Source: Methanobacteriota archaeon | Lineage (GTDB): Archaea; Thermoplasmatota; Thermoplasmata; SG8-5; JAGLSY01 | Length of the DNA: 64,000 nucleotides | Direction of reading: 5' to 3' | NCBI GenBank assembly: GCA_020697715.1 | Contig: JAEHCO010000001.1 | Location: 608,001-672,000 of the forward strand | Shown here: in pieces, positions 29,219 through 43,698 of the stretch | Numbering within the stretch: the stretch's first letter is position 1 | Layout: every line of letters starts with the position of its first letter | Made by a program: the position numbers and the translations under genes | The notes under the pieces: model-generated | Seen by the model: only the letters and a program-made list of their open reading frames with translations | Database searches by the model: none | What the model was told of the DNA's origin: nothing

Positions 29219-29304
29219 ATATCCTTGGCTGTTTGTCAACCCGAGGCCAACCATATATTGGTCTCGTCTCGCTGTTAAGGTAGTGGGGTAAATATACGCA
29301 CAAT

Positions 29305-29388
29305 GCGGGGGTACCCGAGCATGGCCAAAGGGGCTAGGTTGAGGGCCTAGTGGTTAGTCCTTCGAGGGTTCAAATCCCTTCCCCCGCA
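29305..29388 (+). tRNA. tRNA-Leu (anticodon GAG), long variable arm
   Basis: GCGGGGG/CCCCCGC acceptor stem, anticodon arm CTAGG-TTGAGGG-CCTAG, GGTTCAAATCC, followed by T-run. Confidence 0.96.
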
Positions 29389-29402
29389 CTTTTTCTTTTA
29401 CC

Positions 29403-29545
29403 TTCGCTGCGCTGGCTCACCCTCCAAAAGAAAAAGGCGCACAAATCGAATCAAGCCAATTGGCTTGATCAAAATAAATGCGTAGGTTCCATAGGTAAAG
29501 TCGCATTTAAAAAAAGAAAAATCGGGTGAGCCTGCTCGCTCAGTA
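29403..29545. repeat. Nested inverted-repeat element downstream of tRNA-Leu
   Basis: Outer GGCTCACCC/GGGTGAGCC, perfect 20-bp palindrome ATCAAGCCAATTGGCTTGAT, TAAATGCG/CGCATTTA. Confidence 0.65.
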
Positions 29546-29672
29546 AGTATGTACCTTCCTTGCATTGCAAGACAACCAGTAAATTGAAAAGCTTTGTAGA
29601 TGTAAAATATTAAAACGAGAAGAGCATTATGGGATTGTAATATCTACCTATTGAAAGGATGGAGATGTAAAA

Positions 29673-29978
29673 ATGAATCAATACGATATCAAAAGAGGAC
29701 ATTTTGGAAATATCGAGGGCGATAAACTTAAAAATTTGATGAAAGACATATTTGGAAATGCCAAGAAGGATGGCGACAATTTTGTATCCACTTATGGCGC
29801 GCTTGACAAGCTCATTGTCGGATTCGATGGAAAGAAGAAGCTCAATGTCGAGACCGTGATGAACCCGAATGTCGATAATGATGTGGCTTCAGACACTATC
29901 AAGCAGTACAATGATTTTCTTCTGAGAGCAACTGGCTTCACATCCAAAGAGCGCAAGAAGAGAGCGAACAAAGCTTGA
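29673..29978 (+). CDS. Conserved archaeal protein, DUF5611-like
   Basis: YDIKRGH, STYGAL, YNDFLLRATGFTSKERKK. Confidence 0.75.
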   Translation: MNQYDIKRGHFGNIEGDKLKNLMKDIFGNAKKDGDNFVSTYGALDKLIVGFDGKKKLNVETVMNPNVDNDVASDTIKQYNDFLLRATGFTSKERKKRANKA

Positions 29979-30021
29979 TCCAATATTCCGTCAAGCTTTA
30001 GCCTTTTTTCTTTATGCTAGC

Positions 30022-31488
30022 TCACGTCCTGTACGTACTTGGCGACAGCACAATTAGCCCTGTCAATATCTCAAGTCTACCTATCCACATGCAGAATGTC
30101 AGTACTATCTTCGCAAAGGAATTCAAATTATGAAATCCCTCTCCTGGCATGAAGATGCCGAGTCCGGAATTGGCCAAGCAGCTGGCGACTGCGGATAATG
30201 ATGTCTCGATACCAACACCAGTGCCACAGATCAATACTACAGCCACTACAAGCACAAGTAGGTAGCTGAAGAAGAGCAATTGCACCCGTGCCACCACTTT
30301 TTCCGGGATCACTCTGTTATTGAATTTCACTGCCAGGACGGCTCTTGGATGGATGGATTTCAATATACCATTCTTCATATTTTCCAGAAGAATGAGTATT
30401 CGGGATATCTTCAATCCTCCACTTGTTGAGCCAAGTGTCGCTCCTACCAACATTGCGAGGATGATGAGCGCATACACGATAGGTGGCCATTGAGCGATAC
30501 CATCGGCTGTTGAGAACCCACTAGTGGTTCCCGCAGATACGATCTGGAACATTCCTTTTCTGAAAGATTCTCCAAATCCAAATTCACCAGAAAGATACAG
30601 TGCGAATATCGAAATGAAAGCAAGCATCCCGATCCAGATGAGGAAAGCCCTCAGTTCGGGATCCATTATCACTTCCTTGTACTTACCAGTGATAACTCTG
30701 TAATGGAGGATGAAGTTCGTACTGCCTATGATCATGAACATCATGACTATCAGTTCCACACCAGGACTATCGTAGAATCCGATATTGTCCGAGTGCACGG
30801 AGAACCCGCCAGTGGACAAGGTGGAAAAGGATGTCGCCACTGAATCAAATGGAGACAGCCCTGCTATCAACAATAGAATTATCGACAGTAATGTGAATAG
30901 ACCATACACACCCCACAGTATCCTCGCTGTTTGGTGTAATTTGGGCTTGAGGCGGGTGACAGTCGCACCTGCCACCTCGGCCTTGAAGAGATGCACTCCC
31001 CCCTCTAAGAAACGTGCCAGTATCACGACACTGAAGACTATGATACCCATACCGCCAAGCCATGTGGTCACCGCCCGCCACATGAGTATGCTGTGCGAAT
31101 GAATGTCTATATAATCTCCATTGGAAGGGTCCAATATTGTGGCTCCAGTCGTTGTGAAGCCAGACATGGACTCGAAGTAAGCATCAATTGGGCTGGTGAT
31201 GGAACCGGAAATGAGGAAAGGCAGAGCTCCCAAAGCAGCGATGACCAACCATCCGATCCCCACGACCACGAAGGCCTCCCTTTCTCTAAGGTCTTGTCCC
31301 CAGTCCTTTGTGTAATACCACATGGTGGTTCCTAAAACAACAGATAGCAGCATGGGCAAGACGTATGTCTTGAACAGGAAGATCCCAGATTCTCCGTAGA
31401 TGGCTCCTGTTATCAGGGGGACAAAAAATGCAAAGCTGAAAAGAAGAATGATATACCCCATCACCGCAATTATGCCATCCTTTCTCAT
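30022..31488 (-). CDS. trkH: Trk potassium uptake membrane protein
   Basis: FESMSGFTTTGAT, WLGGMGII, LSTGGFS, STSGGLK, MWIGRLEI pore motifs. Confidence 0.95.
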   Translation of the reverse strand: MRKDGIIAVMGYIILLFSFAFFVPLITGAIYGESGIFLFKTYVLPMLLSVVLGTTMWYYTKDWGQDLREREAFVVVGIGWLVIAALGALPFLISGSITSPIDAYFESMSGFTTTGATILDPSNGDYIDIHSHSILMWRAVTTWLGGMGIIVFSVVILARFLEGGVHLFKAEVAGATVTRLKPKLHQTARILWGVYGLFTLLSIILLLIAGLSPFDSVATSFSTLSTGGFSVHSDNIGFYDSPGVELIVMMFMIIGSTNFILHYRVITGKYKEVIMDPELRAFLIWIGMLAFISIFALYLSGEFGFGESFRKGMFQIVSAGTTSGFSTADGIAQWPPIVYALIILAMLVGATLGSTSGGLKISRILILLENMKNGILKSIHPRAVLAVKFNNRVIPEKVVARVQLLFFSYLLVLVVAVVLICGTGVGIETSLSAVASCLANSGLGIFMPGEGFHNLNSFAKIVLTFCMWIGRLEILTGLIVLSPSTYRT

Positions 31489-31495
31489 ATGATCC

Positions 31496-32890
31496 TCAGC
31501 CTTTTCTCGAACGCATGAATAATTTATCGATCTTCTTCAAGGATTCAGTGCCAGCAAATATGATCAATCGATCCCCTGGTCTCACAACATCAAATTGTGT
31601 GGGTCTGAGAACAGTGCCACCTCTTATGACCGAGCCAATGAAGCTATTGTTCGGTAGCTTCACCTTGCCGAACTCTTTCCCAACTATCCACAGATCATCG
31701 GAGACGAAGACCTCCAGAACCCGTGATTCATTTGATGGCAAGCTTGTTATCTGCTTCGTTGTGGGTCTTTTCTGACCAGGCTTTGCAATATGTTTCAACA
31801 TGGTATTGGCAGTTATCATCCTCGGGCTCAAAGCAACCGTGATGCCTATCTGCTCGAATAGTGGAATTAGATCCGGATCCTCTACCAAAGCCATTGTCTT
31901 CCTAACTCCCAATCTCATTGCGATCAAGCATGCCAGCATATTGAACTCACTGCTTTCGGTGGTGGCTACGAAAGCTCCAACATCCTCGATACCCTCCTCT
32001 TTAAGGGCCTTATCATCAATGCCGGATATGTGGATCGTCAGAGCTTTTTTCAATTGTGTAGCTGCTTCTTCACATTGCTCTTCACATTCATCCATCAGGA
32101 GTATCAATCTTGACAACTCCAGGCTTTGGGCAAGGTTGATCCCGATATCATTGGCTCCCATGATCATTATCTTGTCCATGCCCACTTCCATCTTTTCTCC
32201 CACAACAGTACTGACACTGATCTCCAATCTGAAGGCCGTTTCCACTTCGGGTATCTTATTCTTGGAGTCGATGGTAACAAATATCTTGTCCCCTGGCCTG
32301 AACTTACCTGCCAGATCAGGATTAACAACAATACCGGATCGTGCTATGGCGGAGATCAGGCAGCCTTTGGGCAAGGTCACTCCATCTATGCCTATTGATG
32401 TCAGAGGGCTGTTCTCCGGTAATATGAAATTTATAATCAATCCGCCTTCTTTGGTCACGACCTCGCTTTCTACCAGAGAAGGAAGCAGAAGCATTTTAGC
32501 CATGTGCTTCGCCGTCACCCTGTCCGGGCATATAGCCAGGTCGATTCCGAAAAGATCCAATTTGCCAGAGATCATATTCTCCGGCATGTAGTCTCTATCA
32601 TTTATCCTGGCCATTGTTCGGCATCCTTTTGTTTTGGCAATTATGGAACTTATTATATTCACTTCATCAGAGCCAGTTGCTCCGATAAAAATATCAGCCG
32701 AACTGATGCCAGCTTCTATTAAAGTTGATAGACTTGCAGCATTTCCATTGATGGATAGCACATCCATGCTTTCAAAGACACTCATTCTTTCTTTGTTCTT
32801 TTCAATGACTGCGAGATTATGCCCTTCCTCTAATAGCGTCTCGGTTATCTGGAGACCAACTTGCCCCATCCCTGCAATGACAATATACAT
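31496..32890 (-). CDS. trkA: Trk potassium uptake NAD-binding regulator (two RCK modules)
   Basis: IVIAGMGQVG Rossmann motif, duplicated TrkA-N/TrkA-C domains; operon with trkH. Confidence 0.93.
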   Translation of the reverse strand: MYIVIAGMGQVGLQITETLLEEGHNLAVIEKNKERMSVFESMDVLSINGNAASLSTLIEAGISSADIFIGATGSDEVNIISSIIAKTKGCRTMARINDRDYMPENMISGKLDLFGIDLAICPDRVTAKHMAKMLLLPSLVESEVVTKEGGLIINFILPENSPLTSIGIDGVTLPKGCLISAIARSGIVVNPDLAGKFRPGDKIFVTIDSKNKIPEVETAFRLEISVSTVVGEKMEVGMDKIMIMGANDIGINLAQSLELSRLILLMDECEEQCEEAATQLKKALTIHISGIDDKALKEEGIEDVGAFVATTESSEFNMLACLIAMRLGVRKTMALVEDPDLIPLFEQIGITVALSPRMITANTMLKHIAKPGQKRPTTKQITSLPSNESRVLEVFVSDDLWIVGKEFGKVKLPNNSFIGSVIRGGTVLRPTQFDVVRPGDRLIIFAGTESLKKIDKLFMRSRKG

Positions 32891-33160
32891 TCACAGGTTC
32901 AATACAGTAAAGGATTAAAGGGTTTTCATGTCCTCAATTCATCTTCCTCTTGTCTGGATTGAATTTATGTATCAGTGGAAAAAGTGGATTTTTTAAAACA
33001 GTCATATATAATACTTTCTCAAATTAGCTATTTTTTGAAAATAATGTTGTTATTTTTCGATATAATGCATTATATTATTAATAAATAACACGTACGCATG
33101 GGAATGTTTATATATAATAACGTTTTCGGAGGTGAGCTATCCAACATTTGACTCAGGTGT

Positions 33161-33320
33161 GGGCCCGTAGCTCAGCTAGGTTGACTTTCGCGAATGAAGA
33201 TCCGCGTAAGTCCTAGAAAGAGCATCTGGCTTTTATCTGACCAATGTATGCGAACGGATGCTATTCGTTGGTTGGAAAGATACCAGGTGGTCAAGGGTTC
33301 GAATCCCTTCGGGCTCGCCA
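33161..33320 (+). tRNA. tRNA-Lys (anticodon UUU) with two introns (33182..33218 at 20/21; 33236..33281 at 37/38), CCA encoded
   Basis: Removing both introns gives GGGCCCGTAGCTCAGCTAGGTAGAGCATCTGGCTTTTAACCAGGTGGTCAAGGGTTCGAATCCCTTCGGGCTCGCCA, a canonical cloverleaf; BHB-type motifs at both junctions. Confidence 0.92.
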
Positions 33321-33389
33321 AACCTATATGAGAAAAGTGTGGATACTAAAAGAGGAGTTGATTATTCAATTTAGTTTGGAGGCGGTAAT

Positions 33390-33644
33390 ATGGAATTCAA
33401 TGTACTCGAACATGAAATGGTGCCGGAGCATCATCTTCTTTCGGAAGATGAGGAGAAGGCAGTTCTAAAAGGCTATAAGATCGGAAAGGACCAGCTCCCG
33501 AAGATCAGAAAGAATGACCCTTGTATCAAAACACTGGAACATATAATCGGTGATGAGATATCTGAGGGTAGAGTGATCAAAGTCGTAAGGTTGAATCCCA
33601 TCGCTGGGGTGTCAGTGGCTTACAGAGTAGTAATAAGAGGATAG
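33390..33644 (+). CDS. rpoH: RNA polymerase subunit H (Rpo5)
   Basis: [31 protein letters not shown]. Confidence 0.96.
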   Translation: MEFNVLEHEMVPEHHLLSEDEEKAVLKGYKIGKDQLPKIRKNDPCIKTLEHIIGDEISEGRVIKVVRLNPIAGVSVAYRVVIRG

Positions 33645-33652
33645 GTGTTCCA

Positions 33653-36600
33653 ATGAGAGAACTTGTTCAAGCCTTTTTTAAGGACAGAAGCATTGTAAAC
33701 CATCATATCGCATCTTACAACGATTTCCTGCCAACAATAGATAATCCCAATAGCAGGATGCAGCAGATCGTGGACAATATTAGGGTATCAAAGGACGAGA
33801 TCCTGAGGGGAGTTATCCGCCTGGACTCGGACAAGACCGATGGCAATATTGTTGATGTGAGGATAGGTAGAAAGAGGGACAAGAATGGTGCAATAGATGC
33901 CCATTCCAAACCCACATTGTACATAGGTTCACCAAGGGTCAAAGAGGCCAATGGTGCGACCAATCCATTGACTCCGATGGAAGCCAGGTTGAGGAACCTC
34001 ACCTACATGGCCCCTATTGAACTGACGGTCACTATTATAGAGAATGGCATCGAGCGGGAACCCGAGGGTGTCCATATAGGTAATTTACCAGTCATGGTCA
34101 AATCAAAGAAATGTAACATCCATGACAATAATATCGACCTCATGTTCAAATTGAAGACCGATGAGGAATTAGCCAGGATGTCTCCAAGTGAGAAGCTCAG
34201 CGGTGTTGGCGAGGATCCATGTGATTCTGGTGGTTATTTCATCGTTGGCGGAACAGAACGTGTTCTCATATCCCTGGAAGATCTGGCTCCTAACAGAGTT
34301 CTTGTGGAATACAGCGAAAGGTATGGAACAAGGACCGAGGTCGCCAAGGTGTTCTCACAGAAAGAAGGATACCGTGCTCTTACTTTGGTTGAGAAGAAGA
34401 GAGACAGTGTTCTGTATGTCTCAGTTGCCGCAGCCTCCGGTAAAATACCACTTATTTTGCTAATGAAGGCACTGGGTCTGGAAAGTGATGAGGATATTTA
34501 CAATGCCGTTGTATCTGATCCTTCAATGGCCAATATCCTTTATGCGAACATAGAGGAGATCCAGGACCCAAAGCACTGCCCTCCAGATGGTGTTTTCACC
34601 ACAGAAGATGCGATCTTGTGGTTGGAGAAGAAGTTCGCTACAGGTCAGGCAAAGGAATACAGGATAAAGAAGGTCGAATCTATATTGGACAAATCATTAT
34701 TGCCTCATCTTGGAGATGCTCCTGAGGATAGGTTGAAGAAGGCAATTTTCTTAGGAAGGATAGCCAGGACCGTGCTCGAACTCTCCCTCGACATGAGGGG
34801 AGAGGATGATAAGGATCATTATGCTAACAAGAGACTGAAGCTATCTGGAGACCTGATGGAGGATCTATTCAGGGTGTCATTCACCAATCTCGTAAAGGAT
34901 CTCAAATACCAACTTGAGAGAGGATATGCCAAGAAGAAGAGCATGAAGATAAGCTCCGCTATAAGACCGGACTTACTCACGCAGAGACTTCTACATGCAC
35001 TTTCTACTGGTAATTGGGTCGGTGGACGAGCTGGTGTTTCCCAGCTTCTCGATAGGACATCCAATATGAGCGCGCTCAGTCATTTGAGAAGGGTCACATC
35101 CCCATTGACCAGGACCCAGCCGCATTTCGAGGCCAGGGATCTTCACCCCACCCAGTGGGGCAGATTGTGTCCAAATGAGACACCAGAAGGTCAGAATTGT
35201 GGTCTTGTCAAGAACTGCGCTTTACTTGTGGATGTTTCCGAGAGATCGCATGAGCACATTGTCAAAATGCTTCTGCAGGATCTTGGCATAAAAGAGGTCA
35301 AGGGTCAGCAGACCAAGAGCACCAAGGTGTATGTCAATGGTGACCTGATAGGTACACATGACAGACCAAAGGACCTTGTCGAGGAAGTACGCCAGAGAAG
35401 AAGAAGCGGCATGATCTCCAATGAGGTCAATCTCCGATATGACGAGGATATGAACGACGTTATAATCAACTGTGATGAGGGAAGGTTGAGAAGGCCCCTC
35501 ATCGTGTCCAAAGATGGAAGGCTTCTATTGAACAAGAAACACATGGATGGCCTGAACTCGGGGAAGATAAAGATACAGGATATTGTCCGTGAAGGTATAA
35601 TCGAATGGCTGGATGCGGAAGAGGAAGAGGATACTTACATCGCTGTAAGAGCCTTCAATTCACCAACCCAGTGTGATCACTGTGGCCATCTGCTTTCCAG
35701 TACAGATACGACCTGGGAAAATATTGGAGTTCCTGATGACGTAGTGAAGCTCAAGTGTAAGCATTGTGAAAAGATCATGAAGGTGGAGAAGCTCCTCAGG
35801 GACGATCACACACATATGGAGATCGACCCCATGCTCATTCTGGGTGTGGCAGCAGGTTTGGTTCCGTATCCGGAACACAATTCATCACCAAGGATCACAA
35901 TGGGTTCAGCTATGGCCAAGCAGTCCCTTGGACTCAGCAGTTCGAATTACAGGATAAGGCCAGATACCAGGGCTCACCTCCTTCACTACCCACAGAGACC
36001 TATGGTACAGACAGAGGTCATGAACTTCGTGAACTTCACAAAGAGACCTGGTGGCCAGAATTTCGTGGTTGCTGTCGCAACTCACCATGGTTACAATATG
36101 GAGGATGCTCTTGTCATGAGCAAGTCATCCATCCAGAGAGGTTTAGGACATTCCACCTTCTTCAGGACATACAAGGCTGAAGAGAGGAGATATCCAGGTG
36201 GCCAGGAGGATCATTTCGAGATACCTAGCCCGGATGTTCGAGGTGCAAGGGCCGATCTTTCTTACAATAGTCTGAATGAAGATGGCCTGATAAGTCCAGA
36301 GACCAATATCAAAGGCGGAGATGTCCTCATAGGTAAGACATCGCCACCAAGGTTCCTTGAAGAGGACACGGATTTCCTTACTCCTCAGAAGAGAAGAGAA
36401 ACATCGGTCACAGTTCGCCCCGGAGAAAAAGGCTGGGTTGACAGTGTGATGCTCACAGAGACCGAGAATGGAAGCCGCCTTGTAAAGGTCAAGGTCAGGG
36501 ATCCAAGGATGCCCGAGCTTGGTGACAAGTTCGCATCCAGACACGGTCAGAAAGGTGTTATTGGACTTCTTGTAGATATGGAGGACATGCCCTTCACGGA

Positions 36601-37257
36601 AAGTGGCCAGACCCCCGATCTTATAATCAATCCACACGGTATTCCATCACGTATGACCGTCGCTCACGTTCTTGAGATGGTGGGCGGAAAGATGGGATCG
36701 ATGAAAGGACGCTTCATTGACGGAACTTCTTTTAGTGGAGAAAAAGAAGAAGTTCTCAGGCAGGAACTTGTCAATCATGGTTTCAAACACAATAGCAGGG
36801 AGGTCATGTACGATGGTCGTACTGGCCAGTATATCAATGCCGATATCTTTGTCGGCGTCATCTATTATCAGAAGTTGCATCACATGGTAGCTGGAAAACT
36901 GCATATGCGATCCAGAGGTCCAGTACAGATATTGACCAGACAGCCAACAGAAGGAAGGTCAAGACAGGGTGGACTGAGGTTCGGTGAGATGGAACGTGAC
37001 TGTCTCATAGGACACGGAGCCGCAATGGTGATCAAGGACAGATTATTGGATGAATCCGATGGAACGACCCAGTATGTTTGTGGAAATTCAGCCTGTGGCC
37101 ATATAGCTATACTTGACCGCAGAGGTGTTCTGAGATGCCCGGTCTGTGGAAATAATTCAAGTGTCCACCCGGTTCAGACCAGTTATGCCTTCAAGCTACT
37201 GATGGATGAATTACTATCGCTTGGCGTCGCCATGCGTCTTCAACTGGAGGAATTGAA

Positions 37258-37261
<4 letters not shown>
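33653..37261 (+). CDS. rpoB: RNA polymerase subunit B (Rpo2), unsplit
   Basis: [50 protein letters not shown]-terminal Zn site. Confidence 0.98.
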
Positions 37262-41445
<4,184 letters not shown>

Positions 41446-41446
<1 letters not shown>

Positions 41447-41721
41447 TGGATCTTAACAAAGCCCTAAGAACTGCAGCCAAGAGTGGTAAATTACTATTTG
41501 GAGCAGACCAGGCAATGAAAGCCATCGAAACAAAGGAAGCCAAATTGATAGTAGTGGCCAGTAACTCTCCAAATCCGGAATTGAAAGAGCAGAGTGAAAT
41601 ACCATTCATGGATTTTCCGGGAACCAATATGGAACTCGGATCAGCCTGTGGAAAGCCATTTTCAATATCAGTAGTGACGATTCTTGATCCTGGCGAATCC
41701 CAGATATTGTCAAATAGGTAG
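41446..41721 (+). CDS. rpl30e: 50S ribosomal protein L30e
   Basis: ELGSACGKPFSIS, ILDPGESQIL; follows rpoA2. Confidence 0.95.
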
Positions 41722-41726
41722 ATCCA

Positions 41727-42152
41727 ATGTCTGATATAGTACTCGACAATCAAACTCTCCTTCACATCACATTATTCGAGAGAATGACCCGAACCACCAT
41801 AAAGGACTGTGTTGAGACCGATGACAGGATAATCTTTGTCGTGAAGGCAGGCCAGATAAGCAAGGCTGTTGGAATAAAAGGTGAGAATGTATCCAAGCTA
41901 AGGAAACAATTATCCAAGACCATACAGATAGTCGAGTACTCGGAAGATCCTGTCCAGTTCATAAAAAGTGTATTTCATCCTTATGAGGCCAATGCAGTGG
42001 ATATAGAGCAGCGCGGTGACCTGACACATGCGACGGTCACCGTCAACCCTCTCCTTAAAGCAAAGGCCATAGGCAAGGCGGGACGAAACCTGAAGATAGC
42101 TAGGGACATGATCTACAGGCACCATAAAATACAAAGCGTAAGCGTAGCGTAG
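41727..42152 (+). CDS. nusA: Archaeal NusA (KH-domain transcription factor)
   Basis: AVGIKGENV and AIGKAGRNL KH motifs; follows rpl30e. Confidence 0.95.
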   Translation: MSDIVLDNQTLLHITLFERMTRTTIKDCVETDDRIIFVVKAGQISKAVGIKGENVSKLRKQLSKTIQIVEYSEDPVQFIKSVFHPYEANAVDIEQRGDLTHATVTVNPLLKAKAIGKAGRNLKIARDMIYRHHKIQSVSVA

Positions 42153-42239
42153 CTTTGTATCAATTCTGAGTGTAAGCGTAGCGTAGCTTTGTATCAATTC
42201 TGAGTGTGAGTGTGGCGTAGCTTTGTATCAATATTGAAT
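42138..42239. repeat. 34-bp tandem repeat x3 overlapping nusA 3' end (third copy diverged)
   Basis: GTAAGCGTAGCGTAGCTTTGTATCAATTCTGAGT x2, then GTGAGTGTGGCGTAGCTTTGTATCAATATTGAAT. Confidence 0.9.
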
Positions 42240-42287
42240 GGATCCACTCATATGGTATCAATTTTAATTATGATATAGCATCAATGC

Positions 42288-42836
42288 TCATTGTGATGTG
42301 TGTTCCATCGCTTTTTCTATAAATCTATCTGGCTCATTGACATCGATCATTATCTCATCAGCCAGTTTTCCCATTACGGACTTGAACCGCCTGGCCTCTT
42401 TCAGTTTTATTTTCACCGAATTGCTCTTGGATGTGGCCATGGAAATAATTGGCTTTCTAAGACTGGGGGTGACACCGTACCCCAGTGACAATGCATCTGC
42501 CCTTTCCACCTTCAGAATATCATCCCAGGGGATCTCTATTTTGAACAGGAAGCCCTGTCTAAGCACCATGCGATCATCAGATATGCCGTGCCTGGTCAAT
42601 ATCGGCGATATTCCAAACATTATGAGATAGATAATGTACAGGACGATGAAAAGCCCCACATACAGCATGTCGGGAAAACTAATGGCCACGATGGCTATGA
42701 TGGAAATAAATAAGACTGATATGTACACACTTCTTATGAAGAAAAGTATATGCTCGTAATCAAATTCATCTTCCATATGGGTCACAAGGTGATAAGAATT
42801 TTCAGGTTTAAAATGATTGTTCATCATTCTGGCCAT
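42288..42836 (-). CDS. Membrane protein, two TM helices followed by a probable bacterial PH-like domain
   Basis: Two hydrophobic helices, then LRQGFLFKIEIPWDDILKVE...IMIDVNEPDRF; start uncertain. Confidence 0.6.
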   Translation of the reverse strand: MARMMNNHFKPENSYHLVTHMEDEFDYEHILFFIRSVYISVLFISIIAIVAISFPDMLYVGLFIVLYIIYLIMFGISPILTRHGISDDRMVLRQGFLFKIEIPWDDILKVERADALSLGYGVTPSLRKPIISMATSKSNSVKIKLKEARRFKSVMGKLADEIMIDVNEPDRFIEKAMEHTSQ

Positions 42837-42843
42837 AAAAAAT

Positions 42844-42875
42844 AATTAATGCGAGTTTTTATACTCGCATTAATT
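42844..42875. terminator. Hairpin downstream of the pilin gene
   Basis: 13-bp perfect stem AATTAATGCGAGT/ACTCGCATTAATT. Confidence 0.6.
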
Positions 42876-42895
42876 CGACTTAATATGTTTCATAT

Positions 42896-43414
42896 TCACA
42901 TATTAAGCAGGCTGCCACCACTCATCTGGATCTGTTCTCCTTCTGCATTGACGATCGTTATTGTGTATTCACCAGGCTGTGCATTGGCCCAGGTCAATGT
43001 TATGTAGTCACCAGTGTTTATTTGAGAGTTGTCTCCAAGATCAGTTGATATTGCAGTGATGACCTGTCCAGAGCCATCCTGATCTACATCAGTTGCTGTC
43101 GGTGGATTGGCATCAAACGATAATTCATAACTAGTAGAATTAACACCAGCTATTTTTATTGTTATATCCGTCCACTTGATATCTTTGCTGAATGCTCCAA
43201 ATTTCATTATCGCAGTCGTTGAAGAGTCCTTTTCCAGTTCGACCCAATTTCCTGTTGGAGCTATACTTGTATCATTGTCAAATTCCATGACCATGACGTA
43301 CAATACAGCTGCTAATACCACAGTTATCGCGACCATCAAAATGGTGGCTATAACTGGAGACACTCCATCTGAATCCTTTCGGATCCTCCATATATTTTTT
43401 ATTTTTCTTTTCAT
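42896..43414 (-). CDS. Archaeal type IV pilin with class III signal peptide
   Basis: Basic leader ending RKDSDG, then VSPVIATILMVAITVVLAAVLYVMV. Confidence 0.92.
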   Translation of the reverse strand: MKRKIKNIWRIRKDSDGVSPVIATILMVAITVVLAAVLYVMVMEFDNDTSIAPTGNWVELEKDSSTTAIMKFGAFSKDIKWTDITIKIAGVNSTSYELSFDANPPTATDVDQDGSGQVITAISTDLGDNSQINTGDYITLTWANAQPGEYTITIVNAEGEQIQMSGGSLLNM

Positions 43415-43528
43415 TTTTTGTCCTCCTGCAGTTTTTTCCTGCAAGTAAGACTTTGTGACCAAGCATATTTAACACCAGTCTTGACATGTCAAAATTATGG
43501 TGGTATTTTGCAAGAAAGGTGGGAAGGT

Positions 43529-43622
43529 CAAGCCTCTGAATCGCCCTCCCCCTCAATATCAATACTCCCCCCACCCCACTCCTCCTCTGACAAAACCCGG
43601 CCCCCCTTTTGTCTGGTCGGAG
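43529..43622. repeat. Dispersed ~95-bp structured repeat, family A copy 2
   Basis: Homologous to 4121..4216, same orientation, same GACAAAA/TTTTGTC stem and C-rich loop. Confidence 0.85.
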
Positions 43623-43698
43623 TGGATATAATATGCTAAATGGGAGATGATGTTCTTTCTCCAATAGATATATGCAATAAAAGGTAGATATAGAATCA

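Noticed and set aside
32891-33160. AT-rich intergenic tracts (also 27894..28096) as replication origin
   Set aside because: No ORB repeats or cdc6/orc1 gene recognised; divergent or tandem promoters explain them.
35670-35790. CxxC...CxxC insertion in RpoB as an intein or novelty
   Set aside because: Short, lacks intein termini, and from recall is a lineage feature of Thermoplasmata RpoB.
42152-42300. Absence of rps12-rps7 after nusA
   Set aside because: This operon break is, from recall, also found in other Thermoplasmata and is not informative alone.
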